Assembly (NCBI RefSeq): GCF_003918875.1
Contig: NW_025767189.1
Location: 62,001-126,000, forward strand
Direction of reading: 5' to 3'
Source of the DNA: Haliotis rubra
Taxonomy: Eukaryota
Length of the DNA: 64,000 nucleotides
This document shows, in pieces, positions 20,803 through 34,354 of this stretch. The translations under genes were made by a program, and so were the position numbers. The stretch's first letter is position 1, and every line of letters starts with the position of its first letter. Under the pieces are notes generated by a model, which saw only the letters and a list, made by a program, of their open reading frames with translations, did not search any database and was not told the origin of the DNA.

Positions 20803-23800
20803 CTGTTCTATGGTTGGTGGGGGTTGAGTGATGACAGCGACAGGAGCTGTGGGGAGAGGGGTAGTGACGTCGTACCCCTTGTGAGAACCACGCCTCAAAT
20901 TCAGATTGGCACTCAATTCGAACTTGGTCTGTTTAACTGGAAGCAAACACCCATGAAGTTAACTGAGTCAACTAGTATATACTCATCCACTATATACCCA
21001 GTACTAACATCTCGACCAACCTACACTATCCCTGGATCCATTCCCATGGCTTTCGCGATCGCTAATTATCCGCCCTTGATTTTAAGCCTTGGTTTGATCG
21101 GTTCGTTAGGCCCAGTACCGTAGCGATCAAAATGGCAAAATCAAAATTAAGGGCGGGTAATTCAAAATTTCGAGAACCATTGACTGGATCCAGGGGGAAG
21201 TGTAGGCTTACAGAAATGCTTGCCCTTGAGATATCAAAGATGGCATATAGTCACAGTGCAGTATCTATGAAGCGTCAGTCAAACGTCTGTACTAAAAGGT
21301 ATTGGCGTTTTTTAAGAAAGAAATACACGTGATGTACCTGCAAGTGTCTTGAGAATAGTTGGCAGAAGTTCCATGGCAACTAGATACGCAGCTAAGTAGA
21401 CGACGTAAACCGCCATGACAGCCATCGGCGCTGTTGATGACCCTGCCTTTGTTAGGTCAAGGCCGATGAATATAGTTATGACTGAAACATGAAAGAAAAT
21501 ACAGATTTCTAGAGGAGTGAGTGAATGAGTTTAGTTTTACGCCGCTTTTATCAATATTTGTACCCATGTGAGGAATCGAACCCGGGTCTTCGGCGTGGCG
21601 AGCGAACGCTTTAACCACTATGCTACCCCACCGCCCTCCATAGAAGGAACATACCACTGAGACTATCATGCACGGTTCAGTAATTCTACATAACATGTAT
21701 TCTTAATATGTAGACAAATAAAGGCTCTGACCATGCACGGTCGAGTAATTCTACCTAAAATATATGCGCATCAATAATCTTAATTCAATAATCTTTGTTT
21801 TGTTTTTCACAAAATATAAATGACAGATGAAGGATCTGGCATGCGTGAATTGTTTATGTTGTGTTATTTTGTTTTAATTGGAGTGAGTACTTACTTGCCA
21901 GTACAGCCGATACAACCCCAACACCCCAGTGGGCCCAGTTGAAGAGTTGTCTCCCTACAGACTCAGGGCCAGGGCGAAACAGCGCCATGATTGGCTACAA
22001 ATAAACACGATGCATTCATGAACAAACAGACTGTGCAAAAGTAAATTCCGCGTGCAATGTAAAACGTTTTACTTCTGTTTGTGCACAATGGTTTAGGAAT
22101 CTATCGATTATGTTGAACTACATTTCAGTCGTTCGACTGGTGGTACTGTGGGCAACGTCTTCTCTTCTGGCGGCTTCATATAAATAAACAGCTAATTCTG
22201 TAAATCATTTATAAAATGTAGACCTTTCACGTGAAATCATTGAAATATTCCTTAAAAATTCTCGCGATATTATTAGTAACTGACGGTAAATGGAAAATGC
22301 AAACCCATGTTTGATAGCAGCAAATAATGAAACAACCAAAGAAATGTTTCTTAGACGGGAATAAGGGGTTGAAATGTTTTTCATTTTTGTTCCAGTAAAC
22401 TTTCAATATCCACTTGACCAAATGTTAATTTCAATTGATCACACTTAACAATTTGGTTTCTTTTGTAAATAATCTTTATCAATTGGTAGCAATTGCATTT
22501 GCACTACTGTGCCACGGTAAAGTTAATATGGATATTTACTTGACCGACCGAGAATTCGTAAGACCCAACTCACTCACTCACTCACTCAGTCACTCATCAA
22601 CTGTGTAGTTTCTTTTGTTCGTCAGTTTAGATCAAACTCCAGCTGTAGTATCGGGCTACTATAGTATTGCAGCCACTGTAGTGGTACTTACGTTGGTGAT
22701 GGCGAGGATGATGACGATGATGCCGAGAGGAGGATGCAGCTGTTGATACTGCTTGCCTGGAATCTTTGGAATCTGAGGACATGGATGAACGTGAAATTTC
22801 AAAATTAGCGGATTTTAGAGATTGAACGAACGCTTTCATCAAATACTGACCGGATTTTAACTTTAATTATTACATGTACTGGAATTTCTACTTTTGTGGT
22901 CGGGGGAACAATAAGCATGACGAAAGTAGTCCCGGTTTGTCTTACTGACCTTGCTGTATCCCTCCGACTCCACGACAACAATAAGTGCCGCAAGGAGCGT
23001 CATACACACTGATGTTATCATACATCCACGGTGGATCTGAAAATACAGTACAGGCATGTTGCGGTCAGTCAGAATAAGAGTGAGCGAGTTTTAGTTTTAG
23101 GCTGCTTTCAGCAATATTCCAGCAATATCACGGCGGGGGACACCAGAAATAGGCTTCACACATTGTACCCATGTGGGGGAATCGAACCCGGGTCTTAAGC
23201 GTGACGAGCGAACGCCTTAACCACTTGGCTACTCCACCGCCCTCAGAATAAGGTGGAGCGCTATTACTTGTCGTAGGTGAGGTAGAAACATATTCGTTGG
23301 GAAGATAAGCGTGGCCAAAACGTGCCTCAAAAGTTGGACAGGGTAGTTTGAAAATATTTATATTCATATGACGAACAGTTACACTAGATAATCTTTCCCA
23401 CAGTTCCTGAACCGCAATATTTTCCCTCCCGTCCAGACATTTCCGGAGTGTTAAAGCCCTGAGGGACCGTTCATAATTTATGGCTAGAGGCGGTGATGAT
23501 GATTTTTATGGATTATTTTCATGTACAAAATCAATTACCCCAATGACCTTTCCTATAATTTCTAAGCATAATTTTAAACATACTTTCATGTACAAAATTG
23601 CTGACCCCCCTAGTACGTATGTACAAAATTGATGAGCCCCCCTCCTAGCTCCCTAGAACAACCCCTTAAAATCATCACCACCACTACCCCCTCCAGCCAT
23701 ACATTATGAACGGTCCCTAAATGAAGCAAGTCTAGTTTTCCTGAGGTTCAGAATCTCCTATCTCACTTGATCTCGGTTTCAATTTTTAAGGAATTACTTG

Positions 23801-26800
23801 TTTCTATTAAAATAACACATATCAGTGTTAGTCTGTAGGTAAACATGTAGTATCATTGACATGGTGCACACTTATGTCACTAGGGACTCACCTGAAACCA
23901 TATTTTCAGTCCGAAGAAGTGAGTTTTTGGCAGCAGTGGTTTTCCGTACCTGGCTGTGACAATCCCAATACCCGGAAGTAGCACCCAACACATGATCATA
24001 ATGCAGCCTGCAGTGGAACACGTAATGAGCGGTATAGTGAGCCTCCTCTGGAGACATGTAAAGCACTTAACATTAAACACTCACCGGGGACATACAGGTA
24101 CTACGAGGCACGTAATGAGTGGTATAGTGAGCCTCCTCTGGAGACGTATAAAGCACTTAACATTAAACACTCACCAGGGACATACAGGTACTACGAGACA
24201 CGTAATGAGTGGTATAGTGAGCCTCCTCTGGAGACGTGTAAAGCACTTAACATTAAACACTCACCAGGGACATACAGGTACTACGAGACACGTAATGAGT
24301 GGTATAGTGAGCCTCCTCTGGAGACGTGTAAAGCACTTAACATTAAACACTCACCAGGGACATACAGGTTCTACGAGACACGTAATGAGTGGTATAGTGA
24401 GCCTCCTCTGGAGACGTGTACAGCACTTAACATTAAACACTCACCGGGGACATACAGGTACTACGAGACACGTAATGAGCGGTATAGTGAGCCTCCTCTG
24501 GAGACGTGTAAAGCACTTTACATTAAACACTCACCGGGGACATACAGGTACTACGAGACACGTAATGTACATAGAGACAATAGTCTAATGGCTTTCAAGT
24601 GGGTGGCGTGAAATGGGTTAAGCGTCACGTCCAAGATTCAGATTGTGTGTAGATGTATACATGAATTAGTTTGGATATCTTCCTGTTGCATGGTGAGGAC
24701 CTACTTAGAGACCATGGCGCAGTTTTACAAGGACATCCCACTCAGACAGTGTACTCCGTAGTGTTGGGAATTGGTTCAAATCTCATTATTGATGATTGCT
24801 TCATTACTACCGATCAATCATCGAAAATAATTGCGTGTATATATGGAGGCGTTCAGGTTTATGCAATTGAAAACAACTTATGGCAGAATGATTTACGAAT
24901 ATTTTTATTTTAGATATAGTGCAGAATACAGCGTGTGTCAACGACCCTTCTCGTGTTACTAACAAACATGATAATAATTATAATGTAAAAATATATCGGG
25001 ATACTTTGATTCGATACAGCGAACATGGATCTTCAAGTGATCTGAGACAGTTATACCGTCAATAAATGAGAACCCTGTACACAAAAGTGGCCTGTATTTG
25101 ATACATAATAGTTTCTCAAATAAATATTACAAATGTATAGTTCAATAAATAAGTAGAGATTATAATTCACTTAAATGCAATACAGCATATTGCTGGTGTT
25201 ATTGTGCGGATTTGTTTAGACTGTTTGAAAGACGATGCATATCAGACTTCCGGTCAGGACGAAAACGAGGTTACTTCCGGTCCATCTGCAACCAGCTTTT
25301 GGTGCCGGGGGTATAATGACGCCTTGCACCTCTGCAAGCACACAGACAAGCGTGTTAGATTTAAAACTGCGATAGCTTTCTTGAATGAAATAACTCGAAA
25401 TGCTGAGCTTTACTTTACGAGTCCAGGGGCATACTGCTCCTCCACTTCTGTCAAACTAGTTAGATGTTACCAGGATCCCATCGAAGGGGTAATTGATCAT
25501 AGAAACTTTCTGTTTCATTTTGCATCAATCTGGTCATAAATTTATAATCATATCTTGGTGCTCGTCACCGCTTGACAAGATCTAAGGCCATCCTATCCCG
25601 GTGCACACTGCAATGCGTCCTATCCAAAGAGATCCCGGTATCAAATACAAGCTCACTTGAGTTCCACAGAGTTCCGCGAACGATTACAGAGATTACTTAC
25701 CGTGAGCCAGCACTAGCGGAAACCTAGGCCCCTCACCTCCCACACTCTCCATGCTCTGCAGGTCAACTGGCACGTCAGTCACTGGCGGCAGCACGTCGTA
25801 CCGGTGAGGGAAGATGTTACCTGGAACACGACCATTGTACATATGTTCTCACAGCTCGCACTGAGTGTTTCTGTTGCTCAGTGCGTTGTGTTTATGGGAT
25901 CGAACAACGCCGCCTTTTCAGTGAGTGAGTATGGTTTTACGCCGCTTGTACCAATATTTCAGTAGTATACTGTATTCTTGTTAGAAATGAAGCCGAATTG
26001 TATCGAGCGAATTTAGCTAAAGGCGAAAAGAGCCTTGACGAACAGGTAGATGAAAAATGCAATTGCAAACATGCATGGTGTCCTTCGTTTCAAAGAGTGA
26101 GTGAATGAGTTTGTTTGACGCCACTTGGAATAGTATACGAGTTATATCAGTTTACTGTGGGAGGATACCCGTGAAGATCCGGGTTATAATTGATCTTCAG
26201 TAACACATGCTTGTCGTAAGCGCGACTGTCGGGATCAGGTGGTCAGGTGCGCTGACTCGGTTGACACATGTCATCGTATCCCAATTGCGTAGATCGATGC
26301 TCATGGTGCTGATCACTGGAGTTTCTGCTCCAGATTAGATTATTTACAGACTGCCGCCATATAGCTGGAATATTGCTGAGTCTAGCAAAAAACAAAACTC
26401 ACTCACTCACTAATTTGGGTGGACAGCCACAAGAGATGCAGATCTTAGACGTTTACCACGTGAACACTGGATTTAAGGTGAAGACAAACCTAGCAACATG
26501 TTCGGGGATAATTGGGATTCGAACCCACAATCTCAGTTTCGTAGATGAGCACAGACAACTGGGTCACTCGTTTCAGTTCTATTCAAAGACAATGTTAGTA
26601 CGTTTTCGTTGTTTATCTACCAAACATATATAAGGGTAAGCCTACCGCTAATGGCATCCCCGTCGGCAAACATAAGGTAGAAGTCGTGGTTAAGGTCCTT
26701 CAGATGTGGGTAGAAGTCGTCCTTCTTAACGTGGTCGAAGCTGCATTCGAGGACGCCGTTGACGTAGGAGCCGGCAGCGTTACTCAGACCAGCAGTTTTC

Positions 26801-29800
26801 TTAAACGCCAATCGCAAAAGTGAGTTACATATGCCATCCAGATATAATAACTTTAACTGAGCAAGGCAGCATCTTAAGAGTAACATGCATGGGGGTGAAT
26901 AAATATTACAACTTTGAAAGGAGACTCAAGTCTTAGGCACCAGAAATGCCTTTCAGATACTATCAGGCCTTTCTGTCCATTTCTATAAGAAACATTGGGA
27001 CCGATGCCTTCAGTAATTGCTAAGGGAATCCAATTCCTAAGGGAAACATCTCCGTACAGGCCAGGGTAGCGTTGTACAAAACAACTCTGACTAGTCCATG
27101 TTAAGGTATGGGAATTACGGTCACCCTAGAGACAAGACCCTTTTGTACAACGGCGACCCGAGCATTATTTTAGAAAACCAATGTATGTGTCTTTCCTATG
27201 CCCTTGCACGAAAGACTCCATTAAATCATTTGTAAACTTTGGTTAATATACTATTCAAACCTGGAAGGTTAACCATAGTGAATTGAAAGCCGCAGGTGAT
27301 CCTTAAGTTTGGGTTAACAATCACTTCTGGTCAGTACTTACGTCTTCCATGCGCTTGTTGATTTTATCATCGTTGTAAGAGCTGTACACGCGGACAAACC
27401 CGGCGTCAATTACGCATTCAATGACTGCATCGTCTCCCTGGATAACAACGGGAACATAGTGTCAACATTCAGAAACATTACAACGAACGTTGGCTCATGG
27501 GAGTGTTGGTGAGTGAGTATGGTTTTACGCCGCTTTTAGCAATATTCCAGCAACATCACGGCAGGGGACACCAGAAATGGGCTTCACACATTGTACCCAT
27601 GTGGGGAATCGAGCCCGGGTCTTCGGCGTGACGAGCTAACGCTTTAACCACTAGGCTACCCCACCGCCCCGTGTTGGGAAGAAGACGTCATGTTTCATCT
27701 TACAAGGTCAAAGGCTCACCATCATCCTGTCCTCTGAAAAAGCAATGGCCATCCACCTCTCGCTCCTTGCTGGTTCGATCTTCTTCATGTCAAATGTGAT
27801 GACGTCCCCAGCATCCACCCACGTGACGATGTACGTGCACCTGCCTCTCTGGCAGTCATGGAAGCAGCCCCGAGTCCGGCCACAACCAGGATCCAGGGGT
27901 AGACCAAGAGGGGTAGTACTTTTGGAAGCATTCTGCAAGGAAGATAACACAGCAAAGTGTTAACTAAGCATATTTAACCTATGCAGGTGCTCGATATCTC
28001 AGCCACAATTTAAAAAGTAGACTTGTAATAGACTCTCACAAGGTTTAACGTCCACTATAGTCTGTTTGCGGTGAAAACATACCGATGAATTTCACTTTAA
28101 ACAAAAATGTAAATCAAATAAAGAGAAATTAAGATTGCGAATCCTCATAATTTTACCTTGCCATTTAAAAATTTAAATCTCAGATTTTTATTCAACATAG
28201 GATAAAAGGTGTTTAACAAACGATCATAGTTTCAAATCGGTATTATTGGTTTGTATTACAAGGGGTATGCACATTAAATGAACAAGGAGGGTTGGTCTAA
28301 GTTAACGCTCATCACGTACCGCATGTGCATTTGTTTCACTGTTCCAACTACTGCGCTTACCCCCTTGTAATACAAACCAATATAAGCGATTTGAAACAAT
28401 GATCGTTTGTTAAACAACTTTTTTCCTAAGATGAATAAAAATCTAAGATTTATTTTTTAAATTGGCAAGGTAGAATTATGAGGATTCGCAATCTTAATTT
28501 CACTGTATTCGATTTACATTTTTGTTTAAAGTGAAATTCACCGATACGTTTTCACTGCAAACAGACTATAGATGAGGTTCAGCAAATGTGAACTCACAAA
28601 AATGAATATGTCTTTACTTTATGATTCGTCCACCACCAGAAATTATTAATATCAAAGAATATAAAAGAGGACACAGACCTAGTCGGAGTGATCCAAAGAC
28701 TCAAACTCAGATGTGCGACAGCTAGGAAAGAGGAGATAGGAAGAACACCAAAGAGGACAGTATATTAAGAGATGAAACAAATCAGCTAAAACGTCCTCAT
28801 TCCACAGTAAAAAACTGTAGATGTAACTGTAACATGTTGCATGTAATATACATTTTTGAAAATGTCCGGTGTGGGTCAATTTAATATCTTATAGAAGAGT
28901 GAGTGTACGTGTAAGTGAAAATGTCCGGTGTGGGTCAATTGAATATCTTACAGAAGAGTGAGTGTACGTGTAAGTGAGTGTGTACGTGTGTGAGTGAGTG
29001 AGTGAGCGTGGTTCTGCATTTATCACCACTTAAGCAATATCACCGCGGAGAATATCAGAAATAGTCTTCACACATTAACCATGTGGGAAACGAACCCGTA
29101 AGTTCAGCGTAACTGACACTTTAACCAGGAGGCTACCCCCGCCGCCTCTTTCCCTGACGTTCAAAAGGACTACTTTGTAGAGCTATCGCTGTCTAATGAA
29201 TTGGCAGTTTTGCTTCAAAGTGTTGAAGAATCTTTCACTTATTATGTTACACGCTATTACATTTCACTCTGTTGGTTAATCCCAGAATGTCTGTTGCTGG
29301 TCTACTGCCCTTAGCCTGGAAGGTACCGGAAGTCGGGAGCTTGTGGGTAATGTACTGTGCGTAAAGCCCTGGAAGTGAATCATGTACAATATGGAAACAA
29401 TCCATCACCACTGTTCTGACTACTAGAATTCCATGCCACTTAATAGGATAGAAAACATGCAGGAAACAGGAAAAAAGACCAAGTTGTTTATTTTGGTTGC
29501 AAGAATGAGATACGTTTGACATGCAAGAGAATAAAGGCGGGGAACACTGCAGGTTAACTGCAAATACTGAAGAAGCAGAGCTATGATATTCAGGTGGGGT
29601 CTGGAAATAATTTGTTTCCTACAAGAATAGACAAAATAGATTTGCCTCGAGTTTATAGAAACTACGACAAACTGTTTGTTGAACATGCCCGATATCCTGA
29701 AAAAAAATAATTACAAAAAAATAACATACCTTTGGATCCTCGTTTCAGAGAAAAAAAATGTGAATCACAATCTCCCCACCACCCAACCCTTCAAACTCCT

Positions 29801-32800
29801 CCCCCACCTGAATATTAACTAAACAATCCTCAACAGACACGTTCATGTACTCAAGATGCGGCAGTAAAATCTTAACTTTTTCTGTAAAAAAGGTTGATCT
29901 GAATCGAAGTCAAAGTCATCAGGCAATGCATTTCACTGTGGACAGTCTCCTCCAAGATGATATTACGATTACAACCTAACATTGAAAATGAAAGACAGGA
30001 AATTGAAGTTGGAGAGTTTAGGAACGTGGTGTTGCCCATCTAACGTTAGGGAAAATGAGATGAAGGAACCGCCGCCACGACCACTGAATCGCTTCACGGG
30101 TTATCTGGCCCACCCGAGTGATCTCCTTTTGCGTTTGTTCAGCAGTTAGGGGTTCAGTTCCAATTATCTCCCTTGGTACAGATCCCTGCTGAGTTTTCGT
30201 TTCACGTGACGGAGAAGGGTTTGGGGCCTGACGTCCGTTCGAGATGCCAAACGTGAATCCACCGACAGGTTGGCGTGGTTTGGGTGTGGTTGGAGCTTGT
30301 GTGGTCGGTCGGGACACTATGACCACGTTGGCGGAGTTCACGTAGTAGTAGCGGGTTTTGTCCTCCACGATGACTGACCTGCATGTAGAAGACATGGATT
30401 AAGATAATGGACCTTGTTCGCCTCGCTTCAGTTGTAGACCATAACAAAACATGAGTGAGTGAGTGAGTTTAGTTTTACGTCGCACTCAGAAATATTCCAG
30501 CTATATGGCGGCGGTCAGTACATAATCCGAGTCTGGACCAGACAATCCAGTGATGAACATCATGAACATCGATCTACACAACTGGGAACCGATGTCATGT
30601 GTCAACCAAGTCAGCGAGCATGACCACCCGATCCCGTTAGTCGCCTCTTACGACAAGCATGGGTTACTGAAGATCATATCTTACCCGGATCTTCACGGGT
30701 AATCAAACAAAGGCAATGCAACCGATCTGACGTACAGTGTGTTGTTTGTTGTTTAACGCCATAACGAGCATTGCATGCGATGTCAGGCATGAACCAAATC
30801 AGCGAGTCAGATCACTATGTCCCGTTAGTCTTTCACAAAACACAGAAACATCTAATAAATTGGGTTCCTGAAAACCAATGATTATCAGGATTTTCACGTG
30901 TGTCTCAATACAGACATATTTTGGATTTTCATTGAGGTTCTGATTCGACTGAATTTTTACAGTCTCGTTCTTGTTTAGAGGAACGATCGTGGCGCTACAG
31001 GAATCGCATACTCCGGCATCTGACTGCTTCCACATGGGTACCGCTACGTACTGAATATTGGAGTTCAAACTTTCAGGACTTCAACTTCCTGTTCCCGGGG
31101 GATGCTCCTCTGGAGCTTCTCTGTGTAACGTCAGCTCAGCGTGGACTGCAGTACGTCCATGTCAACGTACAGGAACTACGACAGCAGAAGCGCTTTGCAT
31201 CAGAACTTGGAGCATGGCACCCGTTTAAGAGTTCACGTACCTGAATTGGATAATCGTCCCGGGATTGGCGTTTAAAGGTGCGACCCAGTCGAATGTTTTC
31301 CTCTTCTTTGCTATGCGACCGTCCATATGTGTTACACCGGATTTCTGATACAGAAGCAATTGACAAAATACATGCATTATTAATGTGTGATCTGGGTTTG
31401 ACAGAATTTCATGTTAATCAGGGCGTGTCACGTTAAAGTCGGAAGAAAGTCAAAATGAGATAGTTTTGTTTTTTTTCTTCCACTTTGAAATGTTTTTACG
31501 GAAACGTATTCCAAAACAGGGAAGAATGTCTGGTGGAATTCAGCGAGAGATGCAGATACTTCTAGATCCTTCTTCCCATTATTGGTGAACCCAACGAGCT
31601 CTGGCAGGAGCTTGTGACTTGTCCTGAACATATTTTCAGGTGCATCTACAACATTGTGCAACAGTCTATTGTATTTCATTTTTGTGGTGCCAGGCACTTT
31701 TAAATATTTTTCACAAGCATAAAAAAGATTTTTGATAAAATCCCACGCCCGATTATCAAACAGTCGCTCCCTATGTGATGCAGCTCTACACAACAAATTT
31801 TACAGCAAATAGCTGGCCTCCTCAGTATAGACTTGAGAGAAAAGCAACAAAGCTTATTATGCTGGGTTCGGTTTGTTGTTTTACGCCGCACTCCCCAATA
31901 TTCCAGCTATATGGCGGCAGTCTGTAAATAATCGAGTCTGGACTAGACAATCCAGTGATCAACAGCATGTGCATCAGTCTACGCAATTGGGATCCGATGA
32001 CATGCAGCTAGCCTGACCACCCGATCCCGTTGGTCGTCTGTTACGACAAGCATGGGTTACTGAAGACCAATTCTAACCCGGATCTTGACGGGTAGCTTAT
32101 TATGCATTCCCATGGGGATATCCTTGCCCCTATCACAATACAACACTTACGGCACACCTGTCGGCCATGTGGATGCCGGGGATGCTGACACCGATGGTGT
32201 TACCATTCCGAGTTTCGACCGTCTTCACTAAGAAACCTCTGAAGTCCTTTGATCCCTCGATGGTTACTGGGTAACAACAGAAATTCACGTAACTAAAATA
32301 AGTGCGTTTTGTGAACTATACAAGAATAACAATAACCGACTACGGCCATGTTGAAACTGAGCTTGGGGAGACAATATGGCTGCAAAATGGACAAAATGGC
32401 TTCGGAGTATAAATAGCATTTGTATTTGCACATGCAACAGAACATTCTCATGTGATCAGTGCCACGTTAAGGCGATCGTTATTCGCATACTTTCACGTAG
32501 AGTTACGATGACCGTAACGGGATATCTTGCAAAACAGGGCCAATGCTAGCTGTGAATCATACTACCAAAACGAACTATCGTAAATTGTTGATTTACACAT
32601 GGTGCTTTACAGTTCCATGATAAATACGTTCACATCTGCTTCACATCTCATCTTGTACCAATGTAGCGAATGAAACATACAAGTGGTGATNNNNNNNNNN
32701 NNNNNNNNNNNNNNNNNNNNNNNNNNNNNNNNNNNNNNNNNNNNNNNNNNNNNNNNNNNNNNNNNNNNNNNNNNNNNNNNNNNNNNNNNNNNNNNNNNNN

Positions 32801-34354
32801 NNNNNNNNNNNNNNNNNNNNNNNNNNNNNNNNNNNNNNNNNNNNNNNNNNNNNNNNNNNCACGCATATTCTCAAGCCAATTATGAAAAATTTGAGAGGTG
32901 TGATTTTATCCCAATTTTGTGACACAATTTTGTCATGTTGATAAGATGAAAAGGAGTTGATGGATAATAGAAAAGTATAATACTTTATAGATAACACCTT
33001 CTTTATTTTCATGAACAAGAAATAAAGAAGTTGTTATCCATAACGCATTATACCTTTCTATGAATATTTATCATCTAAAACATTTATTAACACGTTTCCT
33101 TGTTATGCGTTATTAGTTATCTAGTTTAAATGTGAAAAAGGACTTGACATGTGCGTGTTTTCTTTGTATTGTGACACTCTTGTCAGAGCATGCTGTGGTG
33201 GCATTTTTATTGCCTTGGCATATTCTTTCTGTTTAATGATATATTACAAATTTTAACGTTACGGTATATACACGTATACGCAACAATATAAACAGAGCTC
33301 CAATAAGGAATGAACAGAATATATAGCTACAATTGTTACTGGGTATCTGTAGGTTGTGCAATGCTTCTACACCCACTGAATCTGTTTCAGTGATAAATCT
33401 CTATGGCGTTAAAGTTATATTAGATATTAGAAAAATAAACATCAAACAATACCCTAGGCTTTTCACTAGACGGCATTTTGGGTTTCCCTCCTCCCACGTG
33501 TAAATGAAATTCCCATTTGTGCCCCCTCTCAAAATGATTATACGCATTTCTTTTAATGTGTCCCTCTCACATGTCATACACTTCTCTCTAAATGTGCCCG
33601 TAGCCCAGTGTCAATACATTCTCTTTGAATGTGCCCCTCTCACATCTCACACTTCCCTCTAAATGTGCCCCCAGCCCAGTGTCAATACACTTCTCTTTGA
33701 ATGTGCCCCTCTCACATCTCATACACTTCCCTCTAAATGTGCCCCCAGCCCAGTATCAATACACTTCCCTTTGAATGTGCCCCTCTCACATGTCATACAC
33801 GTGACTCTAAATGTGACCCAGCCCAGTGGAACTGCACTTCCCTTTAAATGTGCAGCTCTCACATGTCATACACTTCCTTCTAAATGTGCCCCCAGCCCAT
33901 GTCAATACATTTCTCTTTGAATATGCCCCTCTCACATCCCATACACTTCCCTCTAAATGTGCCCCCAGCCCAGTGTAAATACACTTCCCTTTGAATGTGC
34001 CCCTCTCACATGTCATACACGTGACTCTAAATGTGACCCAGCCCAGTGGAAATGCACTTCCCTTTAAATGTGCAGCTCTCATATGTCATACACTTCCCTC
34101 TAAATGTGCCCCCAGTCCAGTGTCAATACATTTCTCTTTGAATGTGTCAGTGCCGTACCTTTGATCATGTCTCCTGGGTGCACAGTCAGCTTGCTGACGA
34201 TAAGGTTGTAGGGTTTTTCGTGTTTCACCTCTATTCCGTGCCCTGGAACTAGTCCCTTGCAGGACATCTCATTGGCTCCCTGGGGGAAGGCAGCATCCCT
34301 TCCCAGCATCCCTAGCAGCACCAGCAGGGAGCAGATACCGGAAGTGAACGTCAT
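20803..34354 (-). CDS. FRRS1: Reeler-DOMON-cytochrome b561 protein (ferric-chelate reductase 1 / SDR2-like), paralog 2; final exon and spacer junction unresolved
   Basis: Minus-strand exons: 34354-34159 (signal + Reeler start FPQGA...C...PGH), 32266-32151 (FRGFLV), 31344-31241 (VTH...FDWVAP), 30378-~30114 (Reeler end + Pro/Thr spacer; donor uncertain), possible 29315-~29268, 27932-27720 (CGRTRGCF...WMAIAFSEDRMM), 27437-27342 (GDDAVIEC), 26799-26646, 25820-25701 (...LAH), 24007-23892 (TM1), 23036-22950 (IHR), 22772 or 22763-22692 (LHP), 21994-21895 (FNWAHW), 21481-21338, 20936-20803. All have GT-AG ends. Four b561 His and the DOMON Met/His are present. Probable 5' UTR exon donor at 37506. Confidence 0.85.
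21020..21206. mobile_element. MITE in intron
   Basis: Terminal inverted repeats cctacactatccctggatcca ... tggatccagggggaagtgtagg, with inner inverted segments. Confidence 0.65.
23463..23717. mobile_element. MITE (PIF/Harbinger-like ends)
   Basis: TIRs gggaccgttcataat...atggct / agccat...attatgaacggtccc, followed by taa. Superfamily inferred from the GGG termini. Confidence 0.7.
24019..24568. repeat. 90-bp tandem repeat, ~6 copies, intronic, abutting the TM1 exon acceptor of paralog 2
   Basis: Unit cacgtaatgagtggtatagtgagcctcctctggagacgtgtaaagcacttaacattaaacactcaccagggacatacaggtactacgaga. It explains ORF 23956..24588. Confidence 0.95.
28055..28571. mobile_element. Foldback MITE with ~215-bp terminal inverted repeats
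   Basis: ctatagtctgtttgcggtgaaaac...tgtattacaaggggta is mirrored by taccccttgtaataca...gttttcactgcaaacagactatag. TA at both ends. Confidence 0.85.
31863..32093 (-). mobile_element. SINE-like family C (~240 bp, non-tRNA structured head); representative copy
   Basis: Begins acccgtgaagatccgggttagaattggtcttcagtaacccatgcttgtcgtaagaggcgactaacggg (consensus) and ends ...tatagctggaatattgctgagtgcggcgtaaaac. This copy has a perfect 12-bp TSD, agcttattatgc. Other copies at 26167(+), 30452-30700(-), ~46165(+), ~51325-51500(-), 54039-54790(+), 57676(+), 62130-62365(+). Confidence 0.88.
32691..32859. other. Assembly gap (N run) within an intron of paralog 2
   Basis: Run of N. Confidence 0.99.
33555..34148. 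repeat. ~74-bp minisatellite (two ~37-bp subunits; ~220-bp higher-order repeat)
   Basis: Recurring cacttccctctaaatgtgcccccagcccagtgtcaatac...gaatgtgcccctctcacatgtcata. The variant gtgactctaaatgtgacccagcccagtggaa recurs ~220 bp apart. Confidence 0.9.

Noticed and set aside
31428-31796. 122-aa ORF as the missing Reeler exon of paralog 2
   Set aside because: Wrong splice phase and no W-x-x-P motif. The exon at 31344-31241 fits both phase and motif.
32641-33018. ORFs spanning the N run
   Set aside because: Artefacts of the assembly gap.
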